Source: Candidatus Iainarchaeum sp.
GTDB taxonomy: Archaea > Iainarchaeota > Iainarchaeia > Iainarchaeales > JAZDDZ01
DNA: 64,000 bases
Direction of reading: 5' to 3'
Assembly: GCA_043809245.1 (NCBI GenBank)
Contig: JAZDDZ010000047.1
Coordinates: forward strand, 1-64,000
Shown here in pieces: positions 18,318 through 29,600 of this stretch. The translations under genes and the position numbers were made by a program. How positions within the stretch are numbered: the stretch's first letter is position 1; each line of letters starts with the position of its first letter. Below the pieces are notes generated by a model. That model saw only the letters and a list, made by a program, of their open reading frames with translations. It was not told the origin of the DNA and searched no databases.

Positions 18318-21029
18318 TTGTTTTATTTAGGAAAAGACAGAAAAGTTTTGCTTGCACTCGCAATATTACTGCTATTTTCCATTACAAGTTTCACCCAAGC
18401 AACTCCATCCTATTGCGGAGCTGAAACTAACGCGGCGTTTTTCGCGGACGAAAACACAGCCACGCCAATTGTACTGCAGGACTTCAACGCAACCGATGCA
18501 AACACGCTGATTGCCACTGCTTTAACATTATTCCCGACAGCAGACGCAAACTGGATTACAACAAACATCAAAAACCTCTCAATAATAGATGAAAACAATT
18601 ACTCAATTGAATGGATGCAGAACGATGAAAACTTCATTTCACAAGCACTCCAAGAAATAGGCGCACAATCAACATTCGTCAGTTCACCGCCATGCGGGGC
18701 ATATTATTACATTGAACCAGATGGAACATACCATTATGACGCCCAATACTGTAATTCTGCATCATACACTGGTTCAAGCTTTGCAGACACTGTTTACAAC
18801 GAAAACCGCTTCATCGAAGTCACATGGGCGTTATGCAATTCATGCACATTCAAACAACAACAAGAAGACCGCTATCACGCGAGATGCAGCGATCCGGGCT
18901 GCGATCTTGATTACACTTACAATGGATTACGTTTGCCAAACGAGCCGTATGGAGCAGTATTATGCACTGTATACTCTGGCACCCAAGACTGTTGCCACTA
19001 TGCAACGCGGTCTACCCCAAACTGCACTCCAACACAAACCTGCGGAGCAAACGCAACAGGCACCTACCCCAATTGCTCCTGCAACACAGGATACGACAAC
19101 TGCAACTCTAATTGGTCTGACGGATGCGAAGCAAACTATAAATCAGACCCAAACAATTGCGGAAGCTGCGGAGTCAAATGCGACACCGGCCTAAGCTGCT
19201 TAAACTATTCATGCGTAAACAAACAATGCGACCCCGGAAACACTTGCCCCTCAAAATGCGTCGGAGACGACAGATACTGGGGAGGCGTCTGCTGGGATAA
19301 CGCAACCTGCTCAACACAAGACCACACAAACTGCTCAGACCAAGACAGATACGACAACTGGGAATACTACTGCAAAACCAACCAGTTATGGAAAAAACAC
19401 CGCTACCTAGACTACACTTGCGGAAACGGAGGAGACGCATGCATTGCAGTAAACGACAATAACTACTCAGACAACCAATTAGTGGAAACCTGCACAACAG
19501 CCTGCATTGGTTTAACGCCATCAAGCAAATGCGACGACAAATGCTCCGGGTATTTAACAATCAAAGTGCAAAACAAATACGGACTAGAACTAGCACAAGC
19601 AACAGTTTACGCAAACAACGTACTCCAAGGAACAACCAACACCCAAGGAGAAACGCAAATACTCACACGAACAAACAGCTGCAACACCACGCTAAACATC
19701 AAAGCCATAAGCAAAGAAGGCATTGACTGCGGAACCAGAACAGCAACAGTAAACCAATACCTAGACCAAGACACAATATACTTTAGCTGCAACACACCCC
19801 TACCCCCAATACTCCTAACAATAGGCGGAAAAAACACCTACACACTAAACGAAACCATAAACCTCACAACATACGCCTACAACCCCCAAGGACAAACACT
19901 CAACAACACAGGAATCGGCATCAACGACCCCTACACAAACACAGCCAGCTACCGCACCATCACCCTCTTCCCCTGGACATACACCACAACAGCAAACCAA
20001 ACAGGAACACAAGAAATCAAGATCACAGCAACAAAAAACGGATACGCGCCAACAACAAAACAAATAAACATAACAGTAAACAACCCAACAACAACCACAA
20101 TCACCGTCAAAAACGCACAAGGGCAGCCAATGCAAGGAGTCAAAATATTAGTTGACAATAATCTGATAGAAGAAACCGGAATAAACGGCGAATTAGTAAT
20201 ACAAACAAGCAAGGGAATACATCAACTGAAAGCAATAATCTCAAATGAAACTTGTGGAACACAAAACATTGACTTTACAACACAAACAAGCGCACAATTC
20301 ATTTGCTGTAAACTACAAAACGAATGCCTAAATGAAACAATGCAAATAAAAAGAAACGCAGATTGTTCCGCAAGCCAGCAAGCATGGTGCCAATATGGTT
20401 GCGATAAAAATAGCGGGAAATGCATACAAAACATTGAACCATACAAAGGAACATGCGACTGCAGCAAAGACTATAATGCATCCACTTACTATAGCCAAGA
20501 TGGAGGAGTATCACTTGTTGTCGGGGGCGCGATGGCATGCGCCGAATTTTGTCCAACAATTGCAGAGGCGGCATACCCTGTGACTGCGGCGGTATTTTCT
20601 ACATTCTTAATCTATGTAGCGACCCAAATACGAGCTAATTCATACTCATATAATGCATTTCCCTACTACGATGGAGAATTCCAACATTTCGAAGGACATT
20701 ATTATGACCATGCGCAAGACTTCCAGGACCTATTTGGCCATTACGTAACGATGCAAGAATATAAAGACATTTGCAAAGATACACTTAATTCAAAGGACGA
20801 ATATGGCCGGCCTAAATACAAACAACCGCCAAATCCGCCTAATGAAGAAGGGTATGCAGCATATGATTTGTGGAAAAATATATATGTAGTTGGCGATATG
20901 TATGGAAAAATAATTACTTGTTATAAACTAAGAAATGGTGCAAGGGATATTCTGGAAAAACAGTTAAAAGGCGAGTTAATAAAATTGCCAAGTTTTAGTT
21001 TTGTAGGTATATGGGGGGTGGAAAAATGA
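18318..21029 (+). CDS. Secreted Cys-rich multidomain protein with probable C-terminal toxin (BECR RNase-like) domain
   Basis: Signal peptide; DGCE..SDPNNCGSCG repeat; beta-rich stalk; hydrophobic hairpin; HYYDH..DF..EY..YD..N..VV..GKIITCYK. Confidence 0.65.
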   Translation: MFYLGKDRKVLLALAILLLFSITSFTQATPSYCGAETNAAFFADENTATPIVLQDFNATDANTLIATALTLFPTADANWITTNIKNLSIIDENNYSIEWMQNDENFISQALQEIGAQSTFVSSPPCGAYYYIEPDGTYHYDAQYCNSASYTGSSFADTVYNENRFIEVTWALCNSCTFKQQQEDRYHARCSDPGCDLDYTYNGLRLPNEPYGAVLCTVYSGTQDCCHYATRSTPNCTPTQTCGANATGTYPNCSCNTGYDNCNSNWSDGCEANYKSDPNNCGSCGVKCDTGLSCLNYSCVNKQCDPGNTCPSKCVGDDRYWGGVCWDNATCSTQDHTNCSDQDRYDNWEYYCKTNQLWKKHRYLDYTCGNGGDACIAVNDNNYSDNQLVETCTTACIGLTPSSKCDDKCSGYLTIKVQNKYGLELAQATVYANNVLQGTTNTQGETQILTRTNSCNTTLNIKAISKEGIDCGTRTATVNQYLDQDTIYFSCNTPLPPILLTIGGKNTYTLNETINLTTYAYNPQGQTLNNTGIGINDPYTNTASYRTITLFPWTYTTTANQTGTQEIKITATKNGYAPTTKQINITVNNPTTTTITVKNAQGQPMQGVKILVDNNLIEETGINGELVIQTSKGIHQLKAIISNETCGTQNIDFTTQTSAQFICCKLQNECLNETMQIKRNADCSASQQAWCQYGCDKNSGKCIQNIEPYKGTCDCSKDYNASTYYSQDGGVSLVVGGAMACAEFCPTIAEAAYPVTAAVFSTFLIYVATQIRANSYSYNAFPYYDGEFQHFEGHYYDHAQDFQDLFGHYVTMQEYKDICKDTLNSKDEYGRPKYKQPPNPPNEEGYAAYDLWKNIYVVGDMYGKIITCYKLRNGARDILEKQLKGELIKLPSFSFVGIWGVEK

Positions 21030-21616
21030 ATGTTCAAACAAAAAGATTATTGGAAATATTGCATTTAGAAATCACGTTCTATGCGCTTCAAATGGAAGAA
21101 GTAAATGAATTTTTTGATGAACTCTCAGCTTGGGGGGCGCATTCTGCAAGCAGGCCTTTGGACACAAGAACCAGAATAACTTTTTTATTAAAACATTTGG
21201 ATTCAAAAGAAATTGATTTAAATACTTACAAAAAACAACTCGTTTTTTTGGACAAAAGATTCGAAGAGATTAAAAAAATTAAGGCCAGGTATTATGAAAA
21301 AGTATTAAAAGAATTAAAAGAACTTGTTAGAAGTTATTCAATACATGTAACGAATATTAAAACCATTACCGCTGATTTTGAAAATTTTTTAAACATAAGA
21401 AACAGTTGTGAAATAATAGTTAGAGAACTGGAAGCAAACGGCTACAAAAAAAAACTAAACGAATTAAAGCAAAAAATTGAGGAAGCAGACGAAATATTCA
21501 AGCAAAACGCTGAATTTATAGCTGAGAAATTCAAAGGATTTTACACAGGCGAATGGGATTATTACCCAAAAAACTTCTGGTGGAGGCATCTAAAACCAAA
21601 AGGTGAACAACAATGA
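21026..21616 (+). CDS. Probable immunity protein
   Basis: ATGA overlap with the toxin-like gene; helical, no signal peptide, ends YYPKNFWWRHL. Confidence 0.55.
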   Translation: MNVQTKRLLEILHLEITFYALQMEEVNEFFDELSAWGAHSASRPLDTRTRITFLLKHLDSKEIDLNTYKKQLVFLDKRFEEIKKIKARYYEKVLKELKELVRSYSIHVTNIKTITADFENFLNIRNSCEIIVRELEANGYKKKLNELKQKIEEADEIFKQNAEFIAEKFKGFYTGEWDYYPKNFWWRHLKPKGEQQ

Positions 21617-22038
21617 ATGCAAAAAATTTTGTTTTCGCTTCTTTCGGTGAAAGGCTTGCAGCAGCGATAATCGACAATGTGCTGATGTTTTTCCTTTTAA
21701 TTATTATACATTTAATCGTGCTTGTTGTTCAAGAAACTTTTATAATACAGTTTTTGTTTTATTTCTGGTACCTTGCAGGAATTGCCTATTTTATCACTGC
21801 CAACAAAAAAGGCCAATCAATTGGAAAAAAACTGCTGAAAATCAAAGTAGTGAACAGCGAAGGCGAGCAGTTAAGCTGGATTAGGGCGATTTTCCGCTGG
21901 TTTTTCTCAAACATTTCAATAATGCTTTTTTTTCTAGGGGACCTATTGATTTTATTCGACAAAAACAAGCAGGGCCTGCATGACAAAATCGTCGGAAGCT
22001 ATGTCATCCAGGAAGCGAAAGGAAGTGACCCCAAATGA
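21613..22038 (+). CDS. RDD family membrane protein
   Basis: ASFGERLAAAIID, GQSIGKK, QGLHDKIVGSYV. Confidence 0.9.
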   Translation: MNAKNFVFASFGERLAAAIIDNVLMFFLLIIIHLIVLVVQETFIIQFLFYFWYLAGIAYFITANKKGQSIGKKLLKIKVVNSEGEQLSWIRAIFRWFFSNISIMLFFLGDLLILFDKNKQGLHDKIVGSYVIQEAKGSDPK

Positions 22039-25000
22039 ACAAACCTATTTTATCATTGCTGTTGTTTTCCCTCCTCTTCTCCACCCTGCTTCTTGTCGGC
22101 GCAGTCCAGCCTTCAGTTGGCTCTTTGAAGATTCAGCCTGAGTTGAGGGCTGATGCTTTAAGTGCGCCAAAGGCAAGGCAGACTGTTTTAATTGTGTTGA
22201 ATGATGCATCGCAGCTTGCTTCAGTTGATTCTGTCACTAATTCTTTGAGGGGAACCGTGAAGGAAAGATATGCGATTGGAAGAGTTGTTGTCGCGGAAAT
22301 TGGATTGGATAAGTTGAATTCTCTGGCAGCGAATTCAGCGGTAAAGGCAATTTATCCGAATGAAGAGGTAAGGGCAACGCTTGATTTTGCGGCGCCGCAA
22401 ATCAACGCGCCAACAGCATGGGAAAACGGGTTGACAGGAAAAGGAGTGAAAATCGCGATAATTGACTCTGGAATAGATGAAACTAATCCAATGCTGCAGG
22501 GAAAAGTGGTTGCAGCAGCGAATTTCTCAAACTCGCCGTATACAACGGATTCATTCGGCCACGGAACCCATGTTGCGGGAATAGCCGCGGGAACAAATGC
22601 AAACGGAGGCGCTTTCAACGGAGTGGCTCCTGACGCAATGCTTTTGAATGCAAAGGCACTGGATGACTCGGGAATAGGCTCAACCGCGTCGGTTATAGCG
22701 GCAATAAACTGGGCAGTGGAAAACAATGCAGACATAATAAACCTTTCACTGGGAGCATCTTTCTCCGACCCGCAAAACCCAATTGATTTGGCAATACAGG
22801 ACGCGGTTGCAAATGGAACAATTGTTGTCGCAGCAGCGGGAAACTGCGGGAACAGCTGCCCGAGCGCTGGCTGCGGAAGCTTCCGCGGAGTGGGCGTGCC
22901 GGGAGACAGTTTGGATGCAATAACCGTTGGGGCAGTTGACTCGGCAAACAATTGGGCTTGCTTTTCAGCGGGCTCAAACATTGAAGGAGTGGGAATAAAG
23001 CCGGACATTGTTGCACCAGGAGTGAATATTTTTTCATCAGTGCCGGGAGGAACGCAGGCGAAAAGCGGAACATCAATGAGCGCACCATTTGTTGCGGGAG
23101 CAGCGGCGATTCTGTTAGAGGCGGACGCTTCAATGACTCCTTTGCAGGCAAAGCAGTGGCTTGAAAGCAATGCAATTGATTTGGGTGCACCGGGAAAAGA
23201 CACTTCTTTTGGGGCAGGAGTGCTTGGCTTGGAGAACGCGGGCACGCCAAGCGATTCAAACGCAATTGCATTCACTTACATTTTCGTGGAGCCCGCTGTC
23301 CTGCAAAACGATTCAACTGAATTCATTGTCAAAGTGGAGGGGAGAAACGAAGTTGAAACAGTTAATGCAAGCATAACCAAGCCTGATGGAGAAAACGTTT
23401 TGCTTTCAATGAATAAAGACAACAACGGCTTCTGGCACGCGTTGTTCAATGACACAGGCGCGCTAGGGCTTTACTTGATTGGATTTGAGGCTGAGGATGC
23501 AAGTGGGGCAAAAGCGAATGCTGCCGCAAGTTTTTCGGTTAAAACATCCATTGGCCTCCCGCCGGATTACAACAAATTCCTTTCAGTGGAATATTCTTTT
23601 GATGCACCGGATGAAATAACCAAAACTATTCCCTCGGAAATGGTTTTGAATGTGAGGTTGCTTGGGCCAGCGGAGTACGCGGCAGAGATTCCGCCAAAGG
23701 ACACTGTCGCGGAATTCACTGTGAAAGACGAGTTCGGAAACATTGTGGACAAGGAATTCGTGGGACCGCAGGAAATATACGTGATGTCTGACGCGGATTT
23801 CAGGTTTTCCTGGACTGATTCAATGGTTGGAGACTACAACATTGAGGCAAGCATTTTAATGGAGGGCTCGCTTGCAGGCGAAGCGGAAAAGGAAACAAGG
23901 GTAACTGTGCCTGGCAACTCGTTGGAAATAACAAGCGTTTCAATGGATTCAAGCGTTGAAAAAGGCGCTAGCGCGGCTTACTCTGTGGGATTGCAGCAGA
24001 ACATTGCGATTCCGCTTGACGGCTTCATTGAAGTGCAGCTGTTGGACAAGCAAGGGGAGCTAGCAGGGCTTGCAGTGAATGACGGTTTAAGGAATAACGC
24101 GTGCTCCAGTGACGCAGAATGGTGGAATGACTGGTGGGGTTTCAGGAAAAAAATAAAAATATGCAATGAATCTGCATCCGAAACCATTTACGCTGCCTCA
24201 CCCGTAAGCTTTGAAAAGGAAGCACTTGATTTGGGAAAATGCGCGGAAGAATTCCAGTGCAGGCAGGATTTTTCGGATTTGCGTGTGATAATGGTTAACG
24301 AACAAGGGCAGTTCATTGAAGTGCCTTACGGAATTGAAAACAGTGACACGAACCGCGTGTGGTTTGAAGCGCAAAAGGATTTGGCGCCAGGTGAATGCAC
24401 TTCTGACACTGGGTTAAACAGTTACTGGGTTTATTACGGCAACCTTAACGCGGATGCGCCTGCGCAGACAGATTTGCACTTGCCCGCAATTGATTCTGGA
24501 TTAACTACAAATGCCCTGCTGCATTTGGACAATTCAGGCAAGGATTCTTCAAAGAACAGGATTAATGCAGCTCACAGCATTGATTCGTCTTTTTTCGTTG
24601 ACGAAGGCGTGTATGGAAAGGCGGTGAAAACCGAAGATAATGGCGAATACGTGGAAATACCCGTAAACGGAACCTGGCCTGCTTCAAGCAGGTTTGCGCT
24701 GGAAATGTATGTGAAGCTGGTGTACAGCGGGAGGACTTCTAACACGTTATTCCAAGGGCTTGGCTGCGGCGAGTTTTACGCTGAAAGCTATAACGAAGGA
24801 CAAATGGTTTGGCGCATAAACGGAAGAATAGTTTCAACCCCTACAGGTGTGCTGAAAGAAAATACCTGGCAGCACCTTGCATTCGTGAACAACGGCTCAA
24901 GCTACATTATTTACGTTGACGGAGTTTTCAAGGGAAACACTGCATCAAATGGCGACGTATTTGTCTGTTCCACAATAAACATCGGGAGATATTCAACCAC

Positions 25001-26642
25001 TCCAATGATAACCATCAATGGGTTAGTGGACGAGGTGCGGCTGAGCAATGGCGCAAAACAATCCTTTAACGGCATGGGTGTAGCGGAAAACGTTGTGCCA
25101 GTGAAATTTTCTGTGTCTTCCTCTGCGGAAGAAAAAAGAGGTTGCCTGGGGGGAGAAGCAAAAAAAACTGTCATGAGAAGGCAGTTAAGCCTCTGCAATA
25201 ATTCCGCAATGAATGCATCGCAGGGCTTTCCGGTTGAAATCAGTTCAGGGGAATTCGATTTGGAGCAATGCATTGCAGAAGGAAAATGCATGCAGGATTT
25301 GAGCGATGCAAGGGTTTACTGGATGAATTACGAGGGGGTAATGCAGGAGATCCCGAGAAGCATTGGGGAAGAGAACGGCAAGAGGGCGCCGTGGTTTGAA
25401 CTGCAGAAAACGCTTTTGCAGGGAAAGTGCTCAACTGATGCAGGTGAAAACAATTACTGGCTGTATTATTCCGATTCATCACTTTCCGCACCGAATTATT
25501 TAGAGGAATTCCCAATGCCAGTGCCAGACTTAAACCAGTCACCGCAGAGAATAATGGGCTACTGGCACCTTGAAAACAATTTGGAAGACGACTCCGGCAA
25601 TGGTTTCAATGGAAGCGCGGGCAACGGGGAAATTTACTCTAACGCCCAAGGCAATTTTTTCAGCGATTACAGTTATGGCCCGATTACGCCTGCGAACGAC
25701 AAATACATTACAATTACGCCGGGATTATGGTATAATGTCAATCACGCCTACACGCTTGAAATGGTTGCAACAATCCAGGCATTAAACAACCCTTCGAACA
25801 TCCTTTTCACGGTAAAAAACTGCGGGCAGCCTGTTTACGCGGAAATCCACCCTGACGGTGCAATATGGTGGGATACACCTGGTGGCTCAGGCGGCGTGCT
25901 TACTGATGCCGGAATTGTTTCAGCGGGAAAAACATATCACCTTGCGTTCGTGTTTGATGGAAGCAATGCAAGAATTTACGTTGACGGCGTGCCGAGTGCC
26001 GCGGTTGCAGCAGGGGACATGCCCGCAAGCTGTACTGAAACAGTCATAGGCAATTATTATTCGCTTAACTATCTGAACCTGAATGGTTTTGTTGACGAAA
26101 TCCGCTTAAGCAGCTACGCAAGGACAGACTTCCCAAGCATTAACGGTTCGCCTTTGCTTTCCGGTTTTACGGCAAACGCGCTTGAAGAAGAGCCGATTGA
26201 TGTTTTCGCGCCATTGGAAGAGGATTCAAACAGGGTTGTTGACTTGAACGTGCCTGTCGGCGTGGCGCCAGGCGAATACGATGTCAACGTAATAGTTCAC
26301 TTTGAGGACAAAATTGTTTCAGCAGCGGGAACACTAAGCGTTGTTGTGCCTGAAACAGGCACAATAAACAGCGTTGCATTGCCTTCAAGCGTGCAAATGA
26401 ATGAAAGCACGCAACTGGAAATTGATTTTGGAAATTCAAGCGCTACAGCGAAAATCAGCCCGCAGTTTTTGGCTTTAGTGCAGGACAAAAACGGAAACGC
26501 GCTCAAGGCATTGAATTTTGGCGGAGAAGAAATTGAGGCAAACAGTTCAAGGGTTTATTCAGCCGAATTTACTGCGGATATTCCTGCAGGGGGAATACGA
26601 TTTGAATGTAATTGCAGATTACGGTGCACGGCCAATAAATGA
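22035..26642 (+). CDS. Giant S8 subtilisin-like surface protease, N-terminal part (S8, two DUF2341-like/LamG units)
   Basis: Signal peptide; IIDSGID, HGTHVAG, SGTSMSAP triad; WQHLAFV..IYVDG..DEVRLS LamG repeats. Confidence 0.9.
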   Translation: MNKPILSLLLFSLLFSTLLLVGAVQPSVGSLKIQPELRADALSAPKARQTVLIVLNDASQLASVDSVTNSLRGTVKERYAIGRVVVAEIGLDKLNSLAANSAVKAIYPNEEVRATLDFAAPQINAPTAWENGLTGKGVKIAIIDSGIDETNPMLQGKVVAAANFSNSPYTTDSFGHGTHVAGIAAGTNANGGAFNGVAPDAMLLNAKALDDSGIGSTASVIAAINWAVENNADIINLSLGASFSDPQNPIDLAIQDAVANGTIVVAAAGNCGNSCPSAGCGSFRGVGVPGDSLDAITVGAVDSANNWACFSAGSNIEGVGIKPDIVAPGVNIFSSVPGGTQAKSGTSMSAPFVAGAAAILLEADASMTPLQAKQWLESNAIDLGAPGKDTSFGAGVLGLENAGTPSDSNAIAFTYIFVEPAVLQNDSTEFIVKVEGRNEVETVNASITKPDGENVLLSMNKDNNGFWHALFNDTGALGLYLIGFEAEDASGAKANAAASFSVKTSIGLPPDYNKFLSVEYSFDAPDEITKTIPSEMVLNVRLLGPAEYAAEIPPKDTVAEFTVKDEFGNIVDKEFVGPQEIYVMSDADFRFSWTDSMVGDYNIEASILMEGSLAGEAEKETRVTVPGNSLEITSVSMDSSVEKGASAAYSVGLQQNIAIPLDGFIEVQLLDKQGELAGLAVNDGLRNNACSSDAEWWNDWWGFRKKIKICNESASETIYAASPVSFEKEALDLGKCAEEFQCRQDFSDLRVIMVNEQGQFIEVPYGIENSDTNRVWFEAQKDLAPGECTSDTGLNSYWVYYGNLNADAPAQTDLHLPAIDSGLTTNALLHLDNSGKDSSKNRINAAHSIDSSFFVDEGVYGKAVKTEDNGEYVEIPVNGTWPASSRFALEMYVKLVYSGRTSNTLFQGLGCGEFYAESYNEGQMVWRINGRIVSTPTGVLKENTWQHLAFVNNGSSYIIYVDGVFKGNTASNGDVFVCSTINIGRYSTTPMITINGLVDEVRLSNGAKQSFNGMGVAENVVPVKFSVSSSAEEKRGCLGGEAKKTVMRRQLSLCNNSAMNASQGFPVEISSGEFDLEQCIAEGKCMQDLSDARVYWMNYEGVMQEIPRSIGEENGKRAPWFELQKTLLQGKCSTDAGENNYWLYYSDSSLSAPNYLEEFPMPVPDLNQSPQRIMGYWHLENNLEDDSGNGFNGSAGNGEIYSNAQGNFFSDYSYGPITPANDKYITITPGLWYNVNHAYTLEMVATIQALNNPSNILFTVKNCGQPVYAEIHPDGAIWWDTPGGSGGVLTDAGIVSAGKTYHLAFVFDGSNARIYVDGVPSAAVAAGDMPASCTETVIGNYYSLNYLNLNGFVDEIRLSSYARTDFPSINGSPLLSGFTANALEEEPIDVFAPLEEDSNRVVDLNVPVGVAPGEYDVNVIVHFEDKIVSAAGTLSVVVPETGTINSVALPSSVQMNESTQLEIDFGNSSATAKISPQFLALVQDKNGNALKALNFGGEEIEANSSRVYSAEFTADIPAGGIRFECNCRLRCTANK

Positions 26643-29600
26643 AATAAAACCATTTACAGTCATTGACTCAACAAAGCCAACAATTAACTCAGTCTCATTC
26701 ACAGCAACACTACAGTCAAACCAGCCCAATCTCATTGAAGCAGGAACATTCGACGAAAGCAGTGTTGCATCAATTGCATTGAATTTAAGGAAGCCAAGCG
26801 GGGCAACGCAAAACATTCCAATGCAATTGCTTTCAGGATTTGACGGAAACGCTTACTGGAGCGCAAGCCTCAACGACCTGCAGGAAAAAGGAAACTATTC
26901 CTTCACGCTTACGGCATGCGACGCGTTCGGCAACTGCGAGACAAGCGCTTCAAATGCATTCACTGTAATTGATGTACCCGCGGGATGCGCTGGAAAAAAT
27001 GTGCTTGTAGCATCAATGGACAGCAACAATGTTTTTTCGCAGATTTTAAGCGCAAATTACTGCGTTGTTTCCTGGAACCTTGGGAAAACCGGCTCTCCAT
27101 CACTAGGTTACCTGCAAAAATTCAACGCGGTTGTTTGGAGTGCGGAAAACGATTTGACGCCTATTGATGCAAATGAAACGCAAGTGCTTGAACAGTTCAT
27201 TGCCTTGGGCGGAAAGCTGCTGCTTGAGGGTTCGGAAATTGCGTTCAGGCACTTTGACGACAATTTAATGCGCAACGTTGCGCATGCAACGCTTTACTTA
27301 GATCTGCAATTGGATGAAAACAGCGTGAACAAAATAACTGTTTCAAGAAAGCACCCAGTGACAAAAGGTTTAACGCAAATTGACCTAAATTACATTATAT
27401 CGGCTTTCCCTGATGCTGTAATGCCTTACGGCGGCGTGGGCCTTGCGGACTGGAACAACGGGAAAAGCGCAATGGTTTTATGGCAGAATGCCATGGGAAC
27501 AGCGAAAACCATTTATTTGCCATTCACGCTGAAATCGGTTGAAGGAACTGCAAGGGAAACGCTTGCAGGCAACGCGGTTGCATGGCTTTTGGAAAGCGCC
27601 TCGCTTGACTTGGCTGTAAACGACATTAATTTAGGCTCATTTGTAGTTGAAGGCACAGGCAAACCCGTAAATTTTTTCCTGACAAATTCCTCGGCAACGC
27701 AACTTGGCGTATACATTGACGGAGCACTGCAGAAAACAATCAGCGTAAGCGGAAGCACTGCAAGCACAACTGTTTCGCTTTCAAAAGGCAATCACTCAAT
27801 TGAAGCATTCATCAACCCAAGCTTCAGCATTAAGGAAAAGGATTACGTGAACAACAGCAAAACAATTGCAGTGAACGTTGCGCCGCTGCAGGCAGACATA
27901 ATAGTTGAAAAGGTTTGGGCTGAAACAGTCAACGACAGGAACGCATTGCTTTACGCGCTTGTTTCCAACAGGGGCGGGACAACAGCTTCGGTTAGCGTTA
28001 ATTTCAGTGTAGACGGAAACGCGAACGGAACCCAAGGCATTTCCCTTGCACCGAATTCAAGCCAGGCTGTCTCAAAGCCCCATGTTATAGTGAAAGGGAA
28101 GCATTTGCTGAACGTTAATGCCTCAACTGCAACAGATGCAAACACGCAGAACAATTCGTTGAACGCACAGATTTACTTCTGCTCACAGGGAAACATTTTA
28201 TTGATTGCAGATGACGACGCGCAAAGCGCTTCAACCGCGGAGCCAAGCAGCCTTGCGTCTTTCAGGAGTGCACTGCAGGCAAAAGGCTACTGTTACAGTG
28301 AATGGAGTGAAAAAGAAAAAGGCATTCCCCCGCTTTCCTTGCTGAATTCCGCTTCAGTGGTTGTGTGGAGTTCAGGCGATTACTGGAATAAGGCGGTTGA
28401 CGAAAAAGATTCCGCACTTTTAAGCCAATTCAATGGAAACATTTTATTCGAGGGCTCTGACATTTCCTTTGACCACAACAATGATTTGTTTGCACAGCAA
28501 AAACTGCACGCAACGCTTGACAAGGATTTGGCGTTAGACGAAAACAATTCAATGCTGGAAGTTGACGGAAACCACACATTAATGCAGGGAATCACAGCAA
28601 TTGACCTCAATGCTGCACTCTCCCCATACCCAGATTCAATTGCTCCGTTGGCAGGCACTGACAGCCCGGCAAGATGGAAAAACGCTTCAACTGCAATCGT
28701 TTCAAGCTTTTCTGGAACACAGAAAACGGTTTTCATTGCATTCTCAATCGACGCAATAAAAGACGAGAGCACGAGACAGAAACTATTGAAAAACGCAATT
28801 GATTTGCTTTCACAGCCCGCAAGCATTGCCTGTTATTCGGACAGCAACTGCGGAACAACAAGCTATTCAGCCAATTACTGCAGCCTAGAAGGGAATGCGG
28901 TTAGGGACAAAAACAGTTTCACTTGCCTGAATCCCGGCACGCCAAGCTCTTCATGCCAGAAAAATGCAGCCACGGAATTGGTTCAAGAATGCCCCAACGG
29001 CTGCAGCAACGGAGCATGCAATGCATCAGCAGAACAAGTCAATTGGATTGTAACGGGAACTGGAACGGAAACATGGAGTGAAACATTTTCAGAAAGCATT
29101 GAACTGACTTCAGGCGGAACCAAGCAAATGGCAATGCAAGCAAACGCAACAGTCACTTACAGTTACTATACTACGACAAACAAGTGGGCAAAAATAGGCA
29201 CATTCAACGCAAACCAAGGAGACACAATTGAAATAAGCTATTCATTTGACGGAAGATACGGAACATACACAGTAAAGAAAAACAGCACGACAATAAAACA
29301 GGCAAGGTCACGCTATTACAGAGGAATAAAAGCAGAATACTCTGCAACCGCAACACAAAAAGTCACAAGAACCGCAACAGATTCCGGTTCAGCTTCAATA
29401 ACTGCTGCGGAAGGAACAAAAGACCTAGGAACATTCAATGCAGTGCCGCAACCGCAAAACAGCGGAACAATTACCGGCATAACTTATTCCATTGAAGACG
29501 ACAACCCCGAGATCAACACATGGATTTCCAGCGGGCATGTTTTCGCGAAACTTAATGCCCCAACAATTCAGTGCAATTCAAATGCGAATTGCGATGACCA

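Noticed and set aside
22352-23275. 307-aa antisense ORF and similar shadow ORFs across the window
   Set aside because: They mirror well-supported genes on the opposite strand and show no motifs
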